Assembly: GCA_951406725.2 (NCBI GenBank) | Contig: OX597814.1 | Coordinates: forward strand, 97,526,001-97,590,000 | Direction of reading: 5' to 3' | From: Octopus vulgaris | Lineage: Eukaryota | DNA: 64,000 nucleotides | In this document: piece by piece, positions 1 through 13,458 of the stretch | Position numbering within the stretch: position 1 is the stretch's first letter | How the letters are laid out: each line of letters begins with the position of its first letter | Program-made: the position numbers and the translations under genes | The notes under the pieces: model-generated | What the model saw: only the letters and a program-made list of their open reading frames with translations | Database searches by the model: none | What the model was told of the DNA's origin: nothing

Positions 1-1249
1 CAAGGGAACCATATATAAGTACAAAAATTCCTACCCTACTTCCCAGTCATAATTACTATCTCTCAACATAGTAGCTAGAATAAGTAGAATAGTATCCGAT
101 TTATCCTCACACAAGAACATTTTAAAAAAGGGCCTTGCCCTATTATGACGTTGCGCTAGTTGGAAGCAGCTTTAGCTAGTATATCGGGAACACTTACCAC
201 ACATATGCATCATAGCAGATCTAGGAAGAGGAAGTAATTTAATAACATTGAACATCGTAGACAAAGCCACTTCATACGTCAACAGAGTTCGAAACTGCAA
301 ATAGTGCTTAACTGAAAAGTTCCACCTTCTAAAGAAGCTGGCGAAAATTAGAGACGTTGTCTGGTTGTCGACATCAAAAATAATTTCTCTGGTTAGCTTC
401 TATGTATCTGAAATGATACAGCTTACTGAGGTGATGATTCATGTTGAGTAGCTGCCCATTGACGATTTAAAATCTGGACTGGGTACTTTCTCTAATACCT
501 CAGACGAAGATCACCCACCACCTGACCTACGTTGACCAATTAGAATCGTCCTTGTCAGTTCTCTGCCAATACACCGAATCATTCGGCAAAATATTTCCTG
601 AATAAGCATACATGCACCCATATATATATATATATAAATTCTGTGTAATACAAAGGTCTTCCCCAACGACGGTCATTTCAATGCAAATGTTATCGCCCTT
701 ATTCCTCACTAGTCTTCAACATCCTGATATTGTCTACATGCAACCTAGGCAATTCACATTAAATCTACAGTGATTCTATAAACAGAGACTTTGAAAACAT
801 TCGTCAATGGAATCATTTCGGTCTTGAGAAGAGACAGTCACTACGCACTTTAAGAAAATGTTATCATACACTTCTAAACCTGAACAGCTCGCAACTGTAA
901 CCATCAGATCACTACCATTGCTAAGTCTCACCGACGATGGGGATCTCCTATGGTGATTATACTTTTTCAGCATAATAAATACTACATTATAAAGAATAGC
1001 CTTCTCTTCACAGAAAATAGTTAATCTTCCAAGAACAGTTAATCTTCTACGATGCTCAGATGAAACCGGCAATAAAAGACCGGTTCTACATGCAGACATC
1101 TTTAACGATATCCAAATAGTTACCTCATTGGCATGAAGTCGCTTACTAACACACTCAAACCTTTGGTCGATAAATGTGCTGGCTCTTCTCTCAACATTTT
1201 CTATCGCTACTACAATAACTTCTTAAGCAAACACTTTTCATAACAACAA

Positions 1250-1750
1250 ATACCACAAAACCTTAAAAACAACAACATGAAGCTTAGTTACAACTGCTTA
1301 TAAAATACAGCCTCCTCCCAAACATCTCACCATAATCAAAAACCCAGAAATTATTCCCCACTCCAACAACATGAAAGCAACAACAGAAATAAACCTATGC
1401 ACTCAGTGGAAAATGATTGTTAAAGACGCTTATTTACAAAGCTATTGTAAGAGCAGATGGCATTGATATTACCTACGCATTGCTAGCAGAGAACACATTC
1501 TAAACACGGTACACATATCACATGCATTTCATTAGAGCCAGAGACAGAATCAATTCATCATCATTATCCCAATATGTCTGAAAGCACAAAAATATAAGAA
1601 TCGGTGATATTTCAATAAAATAGAGTATTGTCAAAATAGCTATACCATAAATAAAGAAGAGCTTAGAAAAAATACTAATAAAAAATAATAGTTGCAGATA
1701 ATACCGTCAACAGAAGAGAGATGAGATTCTCTACATGCTCTTACAAAAAA
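1250..1750 (+). mobile_element. Penelope-like element remnant (GIY-YIG endonuclease/C-terminal region), decayed
   Basis: Frameshifted translation gives pieces resembling the PLE C-terminus: G-K-x-L-L-K-T-L-I-Y-K-A-I-V, T-F-*-T-R-Y-T-Y-H and S-S-L-S-Q-Y-V-*-K. Many stops; boundaries approximate. Confidence 0.5.
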
Positions 1751-3049
1751 GAAAAGAAAAAGAAAATCCCCCCAGAGAATTTGAAATACAAATAATATTA
1801 TTTAATATAAATTATTTAGAATAATTCCCCTTAACTCTAGTAAATTATTATATAAATTTGTAAGGTAAGAACAATTATGTAAACTTGTAGAGTTGTCCTT
1901 ATAGGAACAATGTGAATACAGAGTCATACCTCTGAAACCGTTCCAATACGTAATAGGATATGCCACCGTCAAACTACATTACATGGTGTTGCCAATGAAA
2001 AATAACTTATCGACCACTCAACATAGTAACTTCCTGTAGAGCCATATGTGCAATTCATTTCCTTTAGAACCTTGAAAGATCGCAGTGAGCAAGAAGGTTT
2101 AATTAGGGACAAAGTGAACCACCAGTATCGCACGTTTTGTTTGCTATACTTTTCTGATCGTGACATCTTTCTTTTACTAACGATTAACACATAATTAGGA
2201 AACCTTACATTTCTTCAGAGGTGATAAAAGTAACTACTCGTTCATTAATATAGTGAAAGTCAATTCAATCGGCTAATACTCATGCTCCATAAATTTGTGG
2301 CCTTATGCCAATATTAGAAATCAATATTATTAGCAATCTTCGTTTTATTTTATTTTTCCATCCAACTGAATACTGATGCATTGTGATATGTTGTTTTGTT
2401 TGGTCTTCCTTTCGAGCAAGAACGACATTGATCGATAATACATCACGTTAAATATATTATTATATATTAATAGGATTGGCAGAATCGGTAGAGTGACGGA
2501 CAAAAGCCTTGTATTTAGTTGCGTATTCTTATGTATTAAGTTCAAAACTCGCTGAGTTTAACATAGTCATTCAATCTTCTTTGATCGATAAAATAAGTAC
2601 CAGTTGAATACTATAGACAATCTAACTGACTATAACCCTGTCTCACATTTGAGGCCTTGGATCAATGTATGAAATTGTTAGTCCTTCAATCACCATTTAC
2701 CAAACTAAATCCACAAAACTTGTTTTGAAAACAGACTATATTCATAATTTTTCGGCCAGAATGTTTTCAATCTGCTTTAATGTAAATAACTTCCTTAATT
2801 TCTACTCAATTACTGTTGTTATGAGTTATCATCGTAACAGGAATTTTACACAGGCTTTTCCAAATTGTACTCTACTTACCTACGCTCTAAGCTCCATTAT
2901 CAAATGAACGCTTTTGTTTATTTGCTTTTATTTTCAAGAGAGATCTGTTATGTAATGGAAGCGTTTCTAATCATATTATAGAACTAAACATTACAAATCG
3001 ATCAGATATGTGACCAGACGAATCTATTTTCTATTTATACAACGATTTC

Positions 3050-3063
3050 ATCTCTCTCGCTCT

Positions 3064-3116
<53 letters not shown>

Positions 3117-3293
3117 CTGTGTCTGTGTCTCTGTGTGTGTGTATGTGTGTGTGTATGTGTGTGTGTATAAATTATATATTAAGTAAGATATACATATTTA
3201 TATATATTATGTATGCACACACACTCACACATACGTATATTATACATATATCATATAAATTTCAAACATATGTATACATATATATTTGTATAT

Positions 3294-3336
<43 letters not shown>

Positions 3337-3448
3337 CATACATACATACATACATACATACATGCATACATACATATATATACATGCATATATATATATA
3401 GTTATATATATATGTATACATACATTTATATATTTATATGTGTGTGTG

Positions 3449-3480
<32 letters not shown>

Positions 3481-3545
3481 TGTATGTATGTATGTATGCA
3501 TGTATGTATGTATGTATGTATGTATGTATGTATGTATGTATGTAC
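3050..3545. repeat. Compound microsatellite (CT)n/(TA)n/(TG)n/(TACA)n/(TATG)n
   Basis: Directly visible; explains the YIHT/MYVC pseudo-ORFs. Confidence 0.95.
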
Positions 3546-3828
3546 CATTAATTTTTACATTTATTCATTTATTTCGCAAGAATGAAAACAAACATCCCTG
3601 AATACCACCAATAAATTTAAGATAGATTAATTATACAACATGAACTTTCGAACGTGAACTATTGATTGCAATCAAGCCTAATGACTATTGATCAAAATAA
3701 ATTTGTCTTATGTTGAAATTTTTAATCAGACAAAGAGAATCGAAGAAGTTAAAAAGTTCACGTTAATTAATTAATTTATTAATTAATTAAAATAAACTTT
3801 AATTTGACTTGTTATACTTGGCAATATT

Positions 3829-4012
3829 GGTTTCAAATTTTGGCACAAGGCCAGCAATTTCAATGAAGAGGTTAAGTCGATTACATTGACTCCACTGCTC
3901 AACAGGTACTTATTTTATCGATGCCGAATGGATGAAAGGCAAGTTCAACTCCGGCAGAATTTGAATTCGGAACATAAAGTCGGAAGAAATGCTGTAACAA
4001 TTCTTCCCGCTC
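3829..4012 (-). mobile_element. tRNA-derived SINE (family A)
   Basis: Reverse complement of the recurrent element GGCGGxGAGCTGGCAGAATCGTTAGC...GACTTTGCCTTTCATCC...GGCCTTGTGCCAAAATTTGAAACC, seen more than 10 times in this window. Confidence 0.8.
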
Positions 4013-4209
4013 ACTGCCTTAATTTCAAATTTTGGTACAAAGCCTTCAGTTTCAGGGTAGGGGAAATTTGAACTCAGAATGTAATGACGGACGAAATGCC
4101 ACTAAGCATTTTGCCCAACGTGCTAACGATTCTTCCAGATCACCGCCCTATTCTTGATCATATTGAAATCGAGCAAAGTCACTGGTGTGGTAATATGTGG
4201 TGCCAGAAA

Positions 4210-5110
4210 GGCGGCGAGATGGCAGAATCGTTAGCACGCCGGGCGAAATGCGTAGCCGTATTTCGTCTGCCGTTACGTTGTGAGTTCAAATTCCGTCGAG
4301 GTCGACTTTGCCTTTCATCCTTTCGGGGTCGATTAAATAAGTACTAGTTACGCTCTGGGGTCGATGTAATCGACTTAATCCGTTTGTCTGTCCTTGTTTG
4401 TCCCCTCTGTGTTTAGCCCCTTGTGGGTTGTAAAGAAATAAGTATTTTGTCTGCCGTTACGTTCTGAGTTCAAATTCCGCCGAGGTCGCACTGGGGTCGA
4501 TATAATCGACTTAATCCGTGTGTCTGTCCTTGTTTGTCCTCTCTGTATTTAGCCCCTTGTGGGTAGTAAAGAAATAGGTATTTCGTCTGCCGCTGCGTTC
4601 TGAGTTCAAATTCCGCCGAGGTCGACTTTGCCTTTCATCCTTTCGGGGGTCGATTAAATAAGTACTAGTTACGCTCTGGGGTCGATGTAATCGACTTAAT
4701 CCGTGTGTCTGTCCTTGTTTGTCCTCTCTGTATTTAGCCCCTTGTGGGTAGTAAAGAAATAGGTATTTCGTCTGCCGCTGCGTTCTGAGTTCAAATTCCG
4801 CCGAGGTCGACTTTGCCTTTCATCCTTTCGGGGGTCGATTAAATAAGTACCAGTTACGCACTGGGGTCGATATAATCGACTTAATCCGTTTGTCTGTCCT
4901 TGTTTGTACTCTCTGTGTTTAGCCCCTTGTGGATAGAAAAGAAATAGGTATTTCGTCTGTCTTTACGTTCTGAGTTCAAATTCCGCCGAGGTCAACTTTG
5001 CCTTTCATGCTTTCGAGGTCAATAAATTAAGCATCAGTTGCGTACTGAAGTCGATCTAATCGACTGGTCCCCTCCCCCAAAATTGCAGGCCTTTTGCCTA
5101 GAGTAGAGAA
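4210..5110 (+). mobile_element. Family A SINE with body repeated in tandem (about 5 units of ~185 bp, one internally deleted)
   Basis: One head (GGCGGCGAGATGGCAGAATCGTTAGC), then units starting TTTCGTCTG at about 4261, 4446, 4581, 4766 and 4951. Confidence 0.9.
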
Positions 5111-6904
5111 GAATCTGTGGTTGCAGAGCGTCTTGCAAACTGTTTCATATCACTTATCGTTGTTGATGGCATATAAGACGTACTATTTTCTTTAAAAGTA
5201 TTTCAAAAAATCGCCTTGGATCCTGTATGCGAAGTTGGACCTATATTCAGGACCAGTTAAGACCCATAGTAATCCTATGCACTTAAATATATGTTGGTGC
5301 CCACATATATATGTAATTCAAAATATAAACAATAATAAATCTTAAATTTATTTTTCGAAATGAAACAAAAGTAACGCTTCATTTATATTTTATTTATTTA
5401 TATTTGAAAAGTTTTCTTCAATTTTTTTAAATTGCGAAGTCTTTGATCAGCTTCTCAAAATTAATCTTATGTAACACATCTGCTTCCATATAAGGCATCC
5501 CGATTATTTTTTTTTTTTTTTGGCAAGTTTAAAGTGATTTCTTTTGTACTGTAAACCATTTACTATTTCTGTGGTGCCTTCCCTCCTCTTCCCTCGATTC
5601 CCTAAGCACGTGCTTATTTTGCTTAACGATAAATCCAGTGCTGCCTGTATTACATGGTTTAATACACTGAAAATATTCTTTATTTCCTGAATATACACTG
5701 CTGAAACTGGTGTGCAACTTAGATGCCCATGCGTTTTGTATGTCATCAAATATAGAAGAGTTATGTCCTGAATTCAGTCTAAGCCTTTCGTCAATAGATA
5801 CCGCTTGATATATCTGCGTTTGATTTAAACAAATGTAGGTTGCTGTCTTTTTTTTTTAAAAAAGAAAATGCGGAATCCTAAGAATCTAGTGGTGATCGTG
5901 TCTTTTTTTTTTTTTTTTTTTGGTGGCGGAGATAAATTTTTTCGTCAGAAATAAAAGAAAGAAATGTTTGTCAGCACCAGCAAACTTTGATAAATGAAGA
6001 GCACAAGACAGATTTGTTTCTTTCTTTCTGAAACGAAAATCTGTACGAAACTAGAAATTTCTTCTTCCAACAATATACCAGCAAAGTATTTTTATACTTT
6101 ACCGAATTCCACAAAATTTTCTTCCAGCCTTTTCAAGCCTGTACTTTGTATCGATGTAGCGAATCAATATTAAGTAGAAGAAACCTTGGATGCGGAGTAA
6201 GAAGAAAGATTGTCGGATTGAATATATTACGATATTTTGCAATGGTATTTCTTTATGTTCTCATTTCAAATCCTGTCCAATCAAATTTACACTGTAGCGT
6301 ACCTAGAGGCCGGGGGGGGGGGGCGAGTTCATCCCAGGTAACGCTTTTATGTAGGCAGTACTTTTGGGTCTGCCGTATAAGCCTGTATAGGGAGTAGCAA
6401 ATACAAGAGCTGCCCAAGTAGCCCACACTCAAGACACACCACTGAGTCTACCTTTTTTCATTCCTGGATTGATAAAACAACGCTTTAATCAAGTACTAGG
6501 ATCGATTTAATGAACTATAACCTCTCCTCAAAATAATGTCTATACTGGAAATGCAGAAAATGTGTATAGTTCTTAACACGAAAATTGCTAGAATTATATT
6601 CCTTAACTAAAGGAGAGGCATTCATTAATTGATAGAAACAGAGTCATGAGGAATTTCGACAATTATTTCCATATGTCTTCGCCATTTTCCAGAATTTACC
6701 TAAAAACGAAGAAAAGAAAACACAACAGCACAACAAGCTGTAAAAACACCAAGAAGTCCTTGAAGATCAGTTGGGTGTCAATGATAATGCACTGAAAGAA
6801 AAAACATTGACTATATTATCATCAGCACAAAAGACAAAAAAAAAAACACTGTCAAATGGTGGCAGATAGAAAAACAATGAATTTTAGATTTAAAAAAAAA
6901 ACAT

Positions 6905-7780
6905 CTTTTACTTGTATTAGTCATTGGATGAAGGCCATGCTGGGGTACCACCTTGAAAGATTTAGCCGAACAAATCGACCGCAGTGCATATTTTAAGTCT
7001 GGTACTTATTCAACCGTCTTATTTGCCGAACCGCTAAGTTACGAGGGACCTAGAAAAGCACAAACATTCGTTGTCAGGTGGTGATGAAAGACAAACATAT
7101 AGTCATGCACACACATATTTTAAAAAGACCCTCTTCGGTCACGAATGACCATGGGATTACAACTTGAAAGTTCTGCGCCGAGGCACAATTCCGAGCAACG
7201 TTGTTATGTGGAAGGCCAGCAGTCGTCCATACGTACAAGTCTCCCCTTACCACGCCACCAATGTTGTTCAAGGGAAAGGCCAACACCAATACAGCTTGGC
7301 ACCAGTGACGTTGCAACTCACTTTCACAGCTGAATGAACGTGAAATAAAGTGTCTTGCTCAAGAACACAACACACAACACGGTCTGGAAATCGATCTCAC
7401 AACCTCACAATTGTAATCCTAACGCTTTAACCACTGAGCTATGCACCTTTACACACACACACGCACACGCCTTGAATTTTTAATCGAATGAATCGCCCCC
7501 AGTACGTATTTTTAAGCCTGGTACTTATTCAATCGGTCTCTTTTGTCAAACCGCTAAGTTTGTTAAGCGGTGGTAGGGGACAAACACAGACACAAAGACA
7601 CATGCACACATAAATTTATATACGACGGGTTCCTTTCAATTTTCGTCTACCGAATCTATTCACAAGGTTTTGGTTGGCCCGAGGCTATAGTAGAAAACAC
7701 TTGTCCACGGTGCCACACAGTGGGACTGAACCCTAAACCATGTGGCTAGCAAGCAAGCTTCTTACCACACAGCCACGTCT
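6905..7780 (-). mobile_element. Nested or composite SINE cluster (family B CORE-like copies plus a family C-like copy at ~7130-7445)
   Basis: Family B signature (GTGGTAAGAAGCTTGCT...CAGTCCCACTG...CAAGTGTxTTCTACTATAGCCTCGGGCC) on the minus strand; TGTGTTCTTGAGCAAGACACTTTATTTCAC motif in the inner copy. Confidence 0.75.
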
Positions 7781-7799
7781 GGGCCACAGGATATATATA

Positions 7800-7852
<53 letters not shown>

Positions 7853-8045
7853 GTATGTGTACTTTTTCAATGTGTACAATAACACGGAAAAAATAAACAG
7901 TTACCAGGGTAACAAAAAATTCACATAAATACCAAGGATGTAACAGCCTACTTAAAAGGTAGAAATTCCAGAGTTTAGTGAAATGTTTTTGATGACATAA
8001 ATAAAGAAATGGAGTCAAACGCGGGTGTTATTCAAATCTTTATAC

Positions 8046-8130
8046 TTCCGACATGTGTTTCGAAGAATACATTGGTATTATTCAGAGGGAATAAAATGAT
8101 GTAAAACAATGTGATTTTCTCATCAAGGAA
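8046..8130 (-). ncRNA. Degenerate type I hammerhead-ribozyme motif with long stem II (Penelope-associated)
   Basis: Minus strand reads TTCC-TTGATGA-GAA...TTC-GAAAC-ACAT-GTC-GGAA. Stem I pairs TTCC/GGAA and the cleavage triplet is GUC, but core C3 is T. Confidence 0.45.
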
Positions 8131-10199
8131 AAAAAAAACAACATCAGTAAGCTATTTTAACCGAATGTGATGACTGCGTATCTGATGAAGGGAACGCTGG
8201 CAAGTTATTTTTTTTAAACCGTTAATAGATTTAACGTTAAATGCAATTTAGAGAAAGAGAAGGAGAAAGGAAGAAAATAGCAGAAAACTAAGAGTGGAGA
8301 AATGTATTGCGTTGGATGAATGGAATAAAGCTTAAAGGCCTGGAAATTGATATATTTAGTGGAAATGAAATGTAAGAAGACAATTAAAGGTCGAATTTTA
8401 TAGATTGGTAGAAACTACTTATAGGAACTAAAGGTATGTTTTTGCCAATATTTGCAACGATAAACGTGTTCTTTAAACGTGTTTACAAAAGAATTCTCTG
8501 AAAACAGGATGAGATAGAATTCATCGATACAGAGCGGACAAGAAGACTTATCTTTATCATATGGTAAGGACCTCGATAGAATATTCCATTCCAAATCAAA
8601 TTGTTTATTATGTTCCTTCAGAGATCAAATTAATTTACTAAGCCCAGTACTGTTGCGTTTATTGATATGACTAAATATACATATGTATACGCATATATGG
8701 GTACAGCACATCACTAACAGCAAACAACATGAAATGCGAAAGCAAATTAGTTAAATACGCAAATAACGAGAGAGAAAATAGAAAACAGGACAAGTAACAC
8801 AAGTTGTCGACTGTCTATCTACTCCTCATTTCGAGCATTGAACGATAATATGAGTCTTCAAAAGCAGTTGCTCCCATAAATACCAAAACAAAATTTTGGA
8901 TTTTTGGAGGGTCAAAGTTGGGAGCAAAAACGGGACAGTGGAGACATACAAGGAAACCGAACGAAAACAAACGTTAGACCAGAACTAATGTAAACTAGCG
9001 AACTCTGGAGAAATATTTTCTTTGAAAAGAGAAAAGATAGAAGAGAGATAGAAGACGTCCAGTCCTTAGGACGTCCTAAAGGAAAGGAAAGATGGTCACG
9101 TGAGGATAAGAAAGATAGACGATGGTCACGTGTGAACAGCGAGAGTGAGAAAAAGAGAAAGAGGGGAGAGAGAGAGATAGAAAACGGGGAAGGGGAGAAA
9201 AAGGGAATTAGAGAAGGATGGGTGTGACAACAGTACAGAGTCGCAATGCTTTCTCTTATAGCCCCGAATTCACTTACAAGGCATAGGTCAGCTCAGGGCT
9301 ATAGGAGAAAACACTATCCCAAGATACGCCACTGTATAACTGAACCCGAAACTTCGTGGCTGGAAAACGAATTTCTTAACCGCACAGTCAACTCGCCTTC
9401 AGACGGCTAAATTGCATACCATACAATACATCGTCCAGTGTTCTACCAATACTGTCCTCTCTACAGCCGTTGCCGATGATACTAGTATCGATTTGTAATT
9501 TGGAGACAATGCTTCAAATGTATTGGGCAAATGTGTAGACGATCTATATTTTGTTGAAGCCGGTATGATAAAAAGTAAAGTCGACTTCAGCAGGACTTCA
9601 ACGCAGAAGCAGAATTCAATACTATGAAGTACTGTAATTCACATTGTACAATCTCTGCCAACTCACTGTCGGACTATATGCATATAAAATATTGATTGAA
9701 CCACAGTATTTTACAACTGCAGAGTATAAAGTTCTCTCTTTCCCACTCTTTCTATTATTCTGTCTCTCTTTTATTTTCTTTCTCCCTCTTCATCAGTATA
9801 ATATGTGTGTGAGTGTGTGTATGTGTATGATGTGTATGTATACATTTATATCTACTTATATACACATCAGTACGTATATGATGTATACGTATGTGTATGT
9901 GTGTGTGGGTATATATATATATAACAACGAGGAAGGAAACTACGTAATCAATTGGCCTACAACCATTTCTGCTGTAAAATATTGTACACTCAGAGCTGAG
10001 TGCTTGTGTATCACCCAAGAGAAACAGCTGTAAGCTAATAAAGTTGATTTCGTAATTCCTGTTCCCTTGTTATTTATCAAATTTCATATCACGTCCTGAA
10101 CTGGATTAATGTGTTATGGATTCACTATGTATATTGAGCTCTAACACCAGGTTCTTATTACCGCTATACCTAATTAGAATATTAATACTCACGCGCACA

Positions 10200-10653
10200 C
10201 TCACATATATATATATATATATATATATATACACGCGCTCACACATACAGACCAACATACATACATACATACATACATACATACATACATACATACATAC
10301 ATACATACATACATACATACATACATACATACATACGTACGTATGTACGCAGTGGACTCTCCTTTAGTAGACTGGAGATAATGTTTCCGTAATTTCTTAC
10401 TGAACAAAATGCACTGATGATCAAATCGATATTGCGTGTACAAGTGTACGGTATGACATACATCAGGTGACGAAGTGATTGCAGAGCAACGTAAGATGAA
10501 GGGTTTTGTTCAAGAACACAACGCGCCGCTCAGTTTGGGAATCGAAAGTACGATATCATGATCGTGCGTGCAATACCTTAACCACAAGGTCACGTGCCCT
10601 CGCATACGTACATACATACATATATATTGTATATACATTCATGTATATACATT

Positions 10654-10741
<88 letters not shown>
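10200..10741. repeat. Microsatellites (TA)n, (CATA)n and (TG)n flanking a minus-strand SINE fragment (~10440-10600)
   Basis: Directly visible. Confidence 0.9.
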
Positions 10742-10744
<3 letters not shown>

Positions 10745-11149
10745 CTAACACTGCCAAAATATGAAATTTAAAAATATGTAAACTATAAAATTGTTGAGTT
10801 TTATAAGAGTTTAGAAGAACCTTGAAGTATTATATACATAATTTTTGAAATTTTATTTTCCTGAGGCATTGAGTTCTTAAGATGATATAAAGTCCTCAGG
10901 GACAGTACTGAAGAATCATTCATAGGGGAGAGCATCTTTGAAAGGATGAAATGCAAAATCAACCTCGTGGGACTTGAATTCTGAACGTAAAGACCCGAAG
11001 AAATACCGCTAAGCTTTTTGTCCCATGCACTAACGATTCATCCAGTTCGCCATCTTATCATAAAAGATCTATACTATTAATCAGATACAGCTAGAGTACG
11101 CTGAAAAAGCTTTAACGAATTTCCGTATCCTGCACCACAGCTTTATTTT

Positions 11150-12290
11150 CATATCAGGAAAGAGTGTATAAAGCTGAACGTCAAACTATAGGTCATTGCG
11201 ATGGTTATGGAAACTAGAATGGATTCAAATTATGTTACCTTTTTTGGTTACGTTGAGATCCAAATATATGCTCAGTTCACTGGTCCCATATCTAAATTTT
11301 ATAGTAGCTATATCGATGATTGTATCGGTACCACTTTTCATCCACGGTCAAACCTCCACCGTTTTCAACTCTGTCGACTCTTTCTACTCAGCCCTTGACT
11401 TCACTTCTACCATCTCCTCTTTCATCAATTTTTCTATACACTAACAACCTAGATTACTTCCTCTCTACGCCCGTTTCTATAAACTGATCGTCTTTCACTC
11501 TTACCCCATTTTCGCCACTTCCCACTCCAACAACTCTTAGTCTAGCATCCCCTACTCAAAATTCCTAAGTTTTCACTGTCTCTGCAGTCATGATTACGAC
11601 ATTATGATCCGGTCTCACCTGATGGCCTCCACTTTGTGTGTTGTGGTTAGCTCCTCACTATTGTCAACATTTCCTGCATTAGTGCCCATAATGTTAATCA
11701 CATCTCTATCTCTCACTCTCCACATCCACCCTACCTTTCATTATTTATCTTTCTCATTAGATCAATGGCCGCCTCTTTTGCACAAACCCTTTGCTACCTT
11801 TGCACAGACCCTGCTACCTTCCATATATTCCACGGTCATCTTCCCTCCTTCAAATTGGCCCCTAATTTGCGTGACATTTTAGTCTGTCCTTCACTTCCTC
11901 AATACCCAACTTGGATCTTTCCTCTACTCCGGAAATCGTTGCCCTTAGAGCCCAACACTACTAATTTCTTTGGACCTAACCACCGTCCCTCCCTTATCAC
12001 TCACAATTTCATTTTTACTTCTAGATAATGACATTTACTGTCTTAAATAAATGTCATTATATGATCTCTTATACGTTAGAGAACTAGGCCACGGATTAGC
12101 GAATTGCATCATCGAAACATCCGCTCAAACAACACCATATAGCCTTTGTCTACTGTTTCAACTCAACCACTTACGCTATTTTCTGACGCTCAGCCTGACG
12201 TTTTACATCATAGCTCCTCTGCTTCTCGTCATCACAAAGAACAAAAACTCATCTTCTACCTCAGACTATTCTCCCTTCATGCATGAATAG
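11150..12290 (+). mobile_element. Penelope-like element remnant (RT core through GIY-YIG), decayed
   Basis: AMVMETRMDSNYVTFFGYVE resembles GxAMGTxMGPxYANLFVGYVE; FYSSYIDDCIG is a YIDD catalytic motif; LLYVRELGHGLANCIIE resembles YIGETxRxLxxRxxEH. Frameshifted. Confidence 0.75.
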
Positions 12291-13409
12291 CGCAATCAGT
12301 TTCACCATACCACACTGCAGCCAACCCTTCCACACAATACCCAGTCATAACACATCACGTTTACAGACACGTCTCCCGGCCCTCATATACTAATTCTATG
12401 CAACTACACATACACAGACTGAATATACTACTCACAAATTCGCAATAATGCGTAAAGACACACTAACATACATTCACCTTCACTTAAACTACTCTGCACA
12501 CACACGCACACACTTCTTTTCTAAGCATAACATATTGCACACACATCATATAAGCCGCTAATTCTAAACATCCATACAACCACATAAATTCATTACATGA
12601 CACTTACACACAAGTATAACCGCTAGCTCACACGCGCACATACTTCTGTATAACACACCGCACGCAAACACACACAGATATAATTATCTTCGTCCTCCTT
12701 CGTTACTCATTATACAATCATGACATACACATAAGCATACTAATGATTCTACCACGAGCTGGCAGAATCACTAACGCAAAATGTTTAACGGCGTTCCTTC
12801 CGTTTAATACTGGTGGTGCCCCAGCATGGCCACAGACATTAGGCTGGAACACGGAAGAACATGAAACAATACATAAACCACACATAAGTTTACCTCACGT
12901 ATATTCATCTCATATTCTCAAACATCCACGTAGGCACTACATACCATGCTCACAAACACACAAATATACATACAGCCGGATAAACCAACTGAAAGGCTGA
13001 GAGTTACTTAGTACGGACCATTATACGGATATATGAATATACCGATACACTGATTGATTAGTTGTTTGACAGGGTGATAAATATGCATAACTGACACATA
13101 CATAATGTGCTGTTACTTTAGCTTAAATAAACTGACCGCATGATATACTTACCTCATAGTTCGATATACGGATGTACAAACTAATGAAATGTCTCACATA
13201 CGAGTATCTGTGCTTGTGTGAGTGTGTGTGTGTGTGTGTGCGCGCGCCTGCGTCTGTTTGTATGTACATGTACGTGTAGGTGTGAGTGTAAGAAGTGTTT
13301 GACAACAATCCTGTTGTGGTCAAGTGACTCCTATTATCACCCAACATGTAGGTAACATACACACGCATTTATGTCAGTGTGCATATGATTATGAGTGTGT
13401 GTATATGGA

Positions 13410-13411
13410 TG

Positions 13412-13458
<47 letters not shown>

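Noticed and set aside
3095-3601. Stacked ORFs rich in YIHT/MYVC/CVCV (also at ~10100-10770, 13300-14850 and 26218-26596)
   Set aside because: They are translations of di-, tri- and tetranucleotide microsatellites, not genes.
4261-5000. Regularly repeated units that could be taken for a CRISPR array
   Set aside because: Units are ~185-bp SINE bodies with no unique spacers, the context is eukaryotic and there are no cas genes.
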